Assembly (NCBI RefSeq): GCF_006345805.1
Contig: NC_043008.1
Coordinates: forward strand, 65,720,001 to 65,784,000
DNA: 64,000 bases
Reading direction: 5' to 3'
From: Octopus sinensis
Lineage: Eukaryota
Shown: positions 55,871 to 64,000 of the stretch, piece by piece
Numbering within the stretch: position 1 is the first letter of the stretch
Layout of the letters: every line of letters begins with the position of its first letter
Position numbers and translations under genes: made by a program
The notes under the pieces: generated by a model
What the model was told of the DNA's origin: nothing
The model's input: only the letters and a program-made list of their open reading frames with translations
Databases searched by the model: none

Positions 55871-57610
55871 ATTGTGTAAAGTTTAATAATCTCAATTGTG
55901 TAAAGTTTAATAATCTAGGTATAAAGAAACGTGAGGAAGAGTGCCTTCTACTGAACCGTTATTTCTTAATATAATAGTGAATCTTCTACAAACACAATTT
56001 TTTACGTTCTTGGTTTGATCTAGCAACCGCATTACTAAATGTGTTTTTTGCTTAGGCAGACATTATGGCGTATTTACACACTGGCTTCAAAATGCATTTT
56101 TATAGCTTTGATGGATTTTCATTGAATTTTATTTATTTATTTACCTATTTATTTTTTCACAATTTTGCTTGGATAAAATTTCTGTCATTTTGCAAGAATA
56201 GAAAAAGTCAATGATTACAAAGGAAGAGATATTGGAAAATATTTCGGAAATTTGGCATCAAGGTTTCACATTCATTGCTATTCTTTATTCAATTGTCTGT
56301 TAAGATGTAAAGAGAAGATTAATATAGCACCTTCTTAAGGAATATCTAAAAAACTTACGACAAAGTGATATTTGTTTAGAAAAGCTTTAACCAGATCAAG
56401 TAGCGAATGATCGTAGAAGAGATATCTTTAGGGAAAGTTACCGGTGTTACAAACCCGAGGTTGCAGGCGTTACAAAGATAAAGTGACAAGTGTTATGGAA
56501 GCCATGCACTGCAACAGAGATGATACCATAAACTTAGCAGAGAATCTATTGAATCTAGCGAATTTATAGAATATGAATAGACATTTTTTTTTTATTCTAT
56601 ACAAAAGAATCAGCAAAACATTGTGGATTTTCTAACTCTAGAATAGATTTCTTAGAATCTATATCACACATAACTTGTTGTCGCCATTTCTTTCTTGTAT
56701 ATATGTGTTTGTGTGAGTGAGTATGTGTGTGTATGGATGTATGTATGCATGTTTGAATGTTTGAATACATGTATGTGTATATATATATATATATGTACGT
56801 ATATGTGCGTGTGTATATATGTGCGTGTGTGTACATATATATATATGTTTGTGTGTATGTATATATTTATACATGTATGTATGTATATGTATATTATCAT
56901 ATTATTATATCATTTTTCCCTTACGTCTGTTAATAATTATACTACTTATGGACCAATCTGCTTCATTCTAATAAACAGGAGGGGAAATTATCATAATTCT
57001 GTGTTTTTTGCTATTTTCTGATAATACTTCTGTTTATAGGTTGATAACAGAAAAAATTCGAAGTACAACTCGTTGCTGACTTAATGTGTATTTTTTTTTC
57101 TATTTATATTCGTTGAATTCTGTATGAAATTATCATAAGTATCAGATCTATATTATTACTGATATCAGGAAGCTAATGTATATAAAGCTGTTTGATTTAT
57201 TTAATTTTTAATTGGTCACATAAAGTTAGATAATTTATGAAGGACTAAACCAGAAATTCCATAGACCTACAAAATAAACAATTAAGCATTAAGCATTGTC
57301 CTTATTAATAACCGGGATCTTTAGGTAACGTGTCGTTGTTAAATTCTTACTGGAAATATTCTTTAAATTAATTGTAACCTGTATATGAAGTCGTCGGATA
57401 ATAAACATATGGCATTCGCTTATACTGAATTTCTCGGGTTGGTGTAATATTTTGAAAACTTAACTAACTGAATAATACCACACAAACCCTATTTAAATAG
57501 CATGAATAAGGAAAGGTAAGTTAAGACATCTTGTCTTAGTTCTTATTCTTTAGCCTAAGACCATTCTTGCTTGAGAAGGCCATTTATCAAAATTATTACA
57601 TGTTTAACAA

Positions 57611-57875
57611 GCCTCTCTCTATATTTAAACATAGTGTATCTAGAACAACGTTAAAACTGTCTCTGTTTCTCTTTAAAGACGTTGAAGTATGATTAAAAAA
57701 TTATTATATATTTGACTCTTTGACAATCTTCTCTCAATATTTACACAGTATGTCTAGGACAATAATAAAATTGGCCCTGTTTCTTTTTAAAGACGTTGAG
57801 ATATGATTCAAAAAATTAATACATCTTTGACATTCCTCTCTCTATATTCACTCATGTAATGTCTAGAATAAGTGA
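57611..57875. repeat. Diverged tandem repeat, ~110-bp unit x ~2.4
   Basis: CTGTTTCT(C/T)TTTAAAGACGTTGA..TATGATT and CTCTCT.ATATT..TCTAG recur. Confidence 0.75.
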
Positions 57876-57899
57876 AAATCTGATAGTCTAAGTTTTTTG

Positions 57900-58300
57900 T
57901 GGGGAGAGAACGAGGCAGAGTCTTCTGGCTAAATGATGAATTTATCTTTTCTAAAGTTATCTTCGCTGAATATAGACTTGCATCATCATGTTTCAGAATG
58001 ATTCACTTTCTGTTAAGCACTTTTATTCTCTATGCTCTTTTGGAATCTGCTTGAAATGATTTTGTTCAGTGGACGAAGGTGTATTAAGCCTCAGTGAAAA
58101 ATCAAGGATAGTTTGACGCAGATCTTTTTCAACTGCTGTTTTCATTAAGTTATTATTTAGAACATTTGCTCTTCCGGTTCGATACCCATATGAAAAACAA
58201 AACACCATTTTTCAATTTTTATACCACACTTCTGAATACTTACACCACAAGGTATACAGTACAAATGTTTTCTATCACATGTGTTGAATTGTTGCCCTTA
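57900..58300 (-). mobile_element. Mariner transposase relic
   Basis: RTGRANVLNNNLMKTAVEKDLRQTILDFSLRLNTPSSTEQNHFKQI matches the post-HTH GRP..AVExDPRQT region. Confidence 0.55.
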
Positions 58301-58585
58301 TGAAATTCGTAAAGCATGCAAGGCAGAATATGCAACACACTGAAGTGCATGTCTTCTATGAACAATCAGATTGAGCATGTATACAAAACACAGCATGTGC
58401 ACATTAACATTTGGTTGATTGAAAAGCTACATTTATTGGCTTGTAATCTATTTATGGTAGGACATCAGACTGAAAATTTCTTGGTTTTGGGTAAAAGAAA
58501 ATACAGGAGATTCAGTCAATTATGATTTTTTTCAACATATTACCATCTAAATATTACACACATATTGCAGCTTTACTATGCCATG

Positions 58586-58671
58586 TAAAAGAACTCGGAA
58601 GTTTGAGCCTCCAACCAGGCATTTCACGATATCCTTAAAGCCAGGAACGTTTCGTTCCAGTACTCCCTCGT
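58586..58671. mobile_element. Partial copy of the 1535-1749 MITE
   Basis: AAAAGAACTCGGAAGTTTGAGCCTCCAAC..AAAGCCAGGAAC..CCCTCGTA. Confidence 0.75.
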
Positions 58672-58767
58672 ACATATACACACATATGCATACATCCATG
58701 CATACATATATATATACATAAATACATGCATACATACGCACATAAGCATATACATACGTGCTTACAT

Positions 58768-59103
58768 CTGAGACCCCCTTCGGTCACGACACTGACAATG
58801 AGATTGCACCTAGAAAGTTACCCTCCCAGACACAAATCCGGGCAAGTTTGTTTATGGAAAACCGGCAGTCGCCCATGCATACCGGCCTCCCCTCTCCACG
58901 CCACCTGTGTTATCCAAGGGAAAGGCAAAGGCCGATACAGCTTGGCACCTGTGACGTTGCATCTCATTTCTACGACTGAGTGAACTAGAGCAACGTGAAA
59001 TAAAGTGTCTTGCTCAAGAACACAAACGCAGCCCGGTCCGGGATTCGAGATCACAATCTCACGATCGTAAGCTCGACGCTCTAACCACTGAGTCATGAGC
59101 CAT
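58768..59103 (-). mobile_element. SINE family D
   Basis: GAGCAACGTGAAATAAAGTGTCTTGCTCAAGAACAC; tRNA-like head at 59040-59100. Confidence 0.78.
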
Positions 59104-62100
59104 CACTGCGTGCTTACGTACATACATACATACATATATGCATACATACATACATACATACATACATACATACATACATACATACATACATACATACATA
59201 CATACATACATACATTAACGGAACCATTGGAGAAAAATTTTTCTTTACATTTTCCAATGTTAAGAAATCACCACTGATTAAATATATGGAATTTTGGAGC
59301 GTTAGAAGAGTAGAAGAGACTGGTGAGAAATCTGTAATGGTTATTACTTCTCACAATCCTAAGTAAAATTTATCCAGAAAGTGCAAACACTTCAACAGAA
59401 AACTAGAATCAACTTGTAGATTATATTTATTGAAAATCTAATTCTACATCAGCACATTGTTGGAATGTAAAAAGTTATGGAAGAATTAATTTATCTTGAC
59501 ATTTGATAATTCCCAGATTCTCTTCATACTCAGCTATATCATTCTGAAGCATTGAATGATTCGAAATCAAGGCAGGAAAATAATATAAAAAGTGACATTT
59601 CCACATGTTATGTATGCTTTGAAGTTCTATGTCACAATTTATAAATAATGCACAAGTGAAATTGTCTTGTGTGTTTCGTAATGATACAACTACCAGCTCA
59701 TAGTTCTTGTGTCGAAATACACTGCAGAGTATTATGTTGGGAAGTTACTACAATCAATTATGTTGAGAAGTTAGTGCAATTAATTTGTTACGTCTTCAGT
59801 ACAAACTAATTCTTTGGAATTATTACTCAGTCATCAGGGAGAACTGTGCCTGTAATATGTTCTCCGTGACATCATAATTATCCAATTCTCGTAGAGCGAT
59901 TTTTAATAGATTTCAGTCTGTTGCAAATGTAACCAATTTTTATATACTCAGTTCTCTCATCATCATCCCGTCGGACATCCCGAATGGGTGATGGGGTATT
60001 TTAATCTGGGCGCTAGTGACATTGGTCTTTTACTAGTTGAAATATCTCACGTGCCTGCGCCTCGAAAACAAATGATAGCAGTCGTTCGCCAGTGGAACTT
60101 GTTGCACCTGACCGTTGACAGTTTGTTATATGTTCATTCGCTCAACATCACGTGATATTCGCCATCGATTCAAGAAGATCATCTCCCGAAATGATTTACA
60201 TTCGCCATGTTACATATCGGGATTTCAAAGTAGTCTGGCTCGGATGATTGCATTCTACTTAATCCATAGAGGGGACCCTGACAAATGCTACCTCTCCTGA
60301 TGGGAGTAATCTTGGAAACAATAATGGCTAAGAGGTGGGTGCCACTCCTTAAAACTCCCAAACCAGGATGCGATTTAAAATGCCTCTTGAGGATGCAATT
60401 TAAACCCATACCTAGGATTGGGATCCAGTCGACTACGATTTATCAAACTGCTCAATCATTACGATATTGCATTTTAGAAATATTTAAATATTTAAAAGAG
60501 AAACTTAGGATTTAGTTATCTCAATATCTTAATGAAACTTAGTCAATGGGTAACAGTGGTGTATTATATATAATTTAATATAAAATTTGAAGAAACAATC
60601 AAATCAACATGTGGCATTTATGAGATTTGTAAAGTACCTACTTAGGCGGAAACGTTGCACTGTTACTTTTCCTCGTGGTGATTGCTTATATTTAAACAAC
60701 TATATTTCATAATAGTCTGTATAATAGTGGCTATATAGGTACTTATCTGAAAATCTTAACTATATAAACAATACTTAGCCTATACGTGTTGTACAGTCTA
60801 TAGACTACACTCATAGTTACGGCATAACTATTATATTATAGATCACAATCCGTAGAGGTTAAGGTTGGTTATTTCGTTTTATCTTCAACGCGTCAAATTA
60901 TTACTTATCTTAATCTTGTAGAGGGAAGTTAATTGGCTGTGGCAGAACACCTTAGAAGCAAGCAATTACTTTACCTTCCGCCATCAAATCCTACAAAACC
61001 TTTGTCTTTTATCATTAAGAGACGATAAAATAAATATTAGTTAAGTACTACATTCGATTTATTGATGACAAACCTGTCGAGAATATTGGGACTTTATTCA
61101 AGCTAATGTTTTAAAAATTATTTCAATTTTGAATAAGGGAAACAATACAGCGAGGAGTGGAGGCTAAATTGAAATCTCACTGAGTAAATTTAGCTTTTCA
61201 TCCCTCTTCACATGGTGCAATAAGTACACGTAATATGCAGCTGATCAATTCAAGTGACAAGTGAGTGTCATTTCGAACTATTTAAATCACAACTGTTTTT
61301 TTTGTTTCAACGATTTGGACTTGTCCTGTAATTGATATGACCCGTGACTGTGTACTGAAAATATCGTGGAACTGCAATTTTAGCTATCTCAGGACATAGA
61401 GAAAATATTAAATTCACTTTTTATTTACTTCTTGATGTGTCCAAATTTTTGCAACACTACTTTGGCCGGTTAACTACACAGTTGTACTATAACTCTAGGT
61501 TGTACTGGAACCGTGTTAGTTGTATCATTATCAAACACGCAAGACAATTTCACTTCTGCGTTATTTATACCCAGTTGTAATACAACTCTAGGTTTGTACT
61601 GGAACAGTGTTAGTGACTAACTAGGTCGCAGTGGTGCGACGAAAATTTTGGTACTGCTTGGCATAATGAAACAAGAATTTTACAATCTTTATTTTAATAT
61701 TACACGTTAACTAGTAACACTTATAAAGTACCTTACCATTCAATAATAAATAACTGTTATTTATGTTTTAGGATCTGAAACCAACTTTAGGAAGTCTCCT
61801 TAAACTGAATTTTACTGCTGCAATTTGTTCAGTTCTTTCTACTTTCGTCAGTTATCTTCCACATAATTTTACTTGGAATAGAATGGAAATTACTCTCTGT
61901 AAAAGTACAATTGACTTTTCCGTAACACTCATATCACGCCCATGTCAGCCGTATTTATTTACCATCCAATTTGAGAGCGGAATCTCAAAACAAAGCCATA
62001 ATAATGTTTTGTTTCAATATTTGCAGTTTGAAGCGAATATGGGAAAATAATTGTTACTGAATGTAACGGAAACTTGGATCTGGAGAAAATTAAAGGGCAA

Positions 62101-62719
62101 ATCAGCAAAATTGATCGGAAACGCGCGTGTGTGCAACATGTATGTACACGCACGCGTCTGTGTGTGAGAGAGAAAGACAAAGAGAGAAGCAGAGACTGGG
62201 TGAGTTTTCTTTTTCTTTTACTGGATTGGTTCAATAGACTGCCGTTATTTGGAGGCACGGTCTTCAATTATTTATAACTATGTCAGAAATTGCTTCGTTC
62301 TGGTGCTATTTTATCGACCAATATTTAATATTCCTCGGATAGCTGTGCTAAAATTTTGACGTACCTAAACGCATGTCTATGCAGTCGACGCATTTCTTAA
62401 CACTGGTATATACAATCGCTGGCATAGATGATATTTATTACAAACAGTGCATATATGTTTCACCTCTGATTTATGGATATTTAAATGACATTTTAGACCA
62501 GCGTGCAACTTACATGTATTAATAAAAATATAGCAATATAGTGTGTCTCCGAAAATAAACTTTATGCTATAGATGTGAAGTTAAATTTGTCTTAGAAAGG
62601 GGCGTCTTACAATAAGTTGAGCAAATGAAGGATGACACTCCTGTATTTATCAAAGCGTTATTTTTCTTTCTCTTTTCCTTTTTGCATACTTTTGTTTGTT
62701 TTCTTCGAAATCCTTTACT

Positions 62720-63475
62720 CCCATCAATGAGATAATGACGTCTATACCATCAGTAGAGCATATACGATTAGCAATAAGAAGCCTAAATTGCAATAAGGTA
62801 CCTGGTATGAATGGCACATAAATGAAGAGCTTCTTAACTATGGTGAGGTTTAAATGATTGACTTCTTGAACTCATTGTTTGTTTTTGACTGCAACGAAGA
62901 AGTCCCACAAGATTGCCTCGAAGCAGTTATCACTTCTCTATTGAAATCAACCCCAAGAGATCAATGGGGAAATTTTCGTGGAATGTCCCCTGCATCAGCT
63001 GTGGTGTAAGTGCGAGCTTATACACTGTTGGAACACTGTTCCAAGTTTTGTTCCAGAATCACAATGAAGGTTCAGATCATGTAAGGGAAGGCAATCGATC
63101 TGATATTTACTGTTCGTTATCCTACAAAAAAGGGGTAATGAACAAAATATGATTTTCTGTTAGTTTCATGAACCTTTGCAAAGCTTTTTGTACTGTAAAT
63201 AGGGATGCACCCTAGATGGTTTTCAAAAGGTATGGATACGCAAAATAAGTTGTTAAAATGATTAAGATACTACATAAAGATATGAAAGCTAAAATCAACT
63301 TTGAAGGGTCATCTTTAGAACTCTACTGTGGAAAATGGTGCATCGCAGGGTGATATTGATGTTCCAACACTTTTTGGTGTTTAGTTTGCTGTAATATAGT
63401 CTTTGATTTCAGTAACTCTGAATGGGGTATTTATGTCGCTTACATAGTACTGGAAACCTCTTTAATCTCCATTAG
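62720..63475 (+). mobile_element. RTE/BovB-type LINE RT fragment, decayed
   Basis: IRLAIRSLNCNKVPG, EVPQD, NFRGMS, AIDLIFTVR, KMIKILHKDMKAKINFEG, ENG..QGDI.VPTLF; frameshifts and stops. Confidence 0.8.
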
Positions 63476-63509
63476 AATAAACACACACACATAAACATAC
63501 ATGTGTATG

Positions 63510-63545
<36 letters not shown>

Positions 63546-63620
63546 ATGTATCTATATAAATATATATATGTATCTATATAAATATATATATATATATATG
63601 TGCATATATATGATATAAAT

Positions 63621-63670
<50 letters not shown>

Positions 63671-64000
63671 GTATATACATATGTACGTATTTACGTATAT
63701 ATATATATATATATACACATACATGTGTGTGTGCATGTGTGTGTGCATGTGTGTGTTTGTATGTCTGTGTGTAACAGAATAAATGTATAAACAGGCAAAC
63801 ATCTGGTATCAGGTCAGATTGTGACAGTTATATATTTCAACATGGAGGTTGGGTTGTTACATGAGTATAAATAATGAGAAATTAAGAAGGTGTCCGGGTA
63901 GTGTTACACTTGTTTCAGTGATGAATATGCTGGTGTTAAATTTCGATGTAAACGAAATCCTGAAATCTTGAAATCAGTCGATTGTGATTTAAGACGGGTT

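Noticed and set aside
56230-56380. FRK..TFLRNI*KTYDKV as a LINE RT relic
   Set aside because: Suggestive but too degraded to call.
61620-61645. GTCGCA-GTGG-TGCGAC hairpin as a Helitron end or hammerhead stem II
   Set aside because: Spacing to CTAG is atypical; hammerhead core and stem I are absent.

Overview
AT-rich, microsatellite-saturated eukaryotic DNA, intergenic or intronic, with one 100-N scaffold gap. The SINE families and repeat landscape resemble an octopus genome (inference). I recognise no host protein-coding gene; nearly all ORFs in the track are translations of simple repeats. The window contains three mariner relics and mariner MITEs, two decayed Penelope-like elements (PLEs), an uninterrupted 5'-truncated CR1-type RT ORF, RTE and R4/Dong-type LINE fragments, and four SINE families. 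The main result is a set of type I hammerhead ribozyme (HHR) motifs in several unrelated short units, most of them next to (TA)n. They are: a 489-bp tandem/inverted array with three HHRs, a 334-bp terminally redundant unit whose core has the compensatory U3-A8 pair, a solo HHR at 36.1 kb, and a minimal HHR at the 3' end of a PLE. Together these suggest a PLE/retrozyme system producing self-cleaved, possibly circular RNAs. All folds were done by eye and none has been tested.
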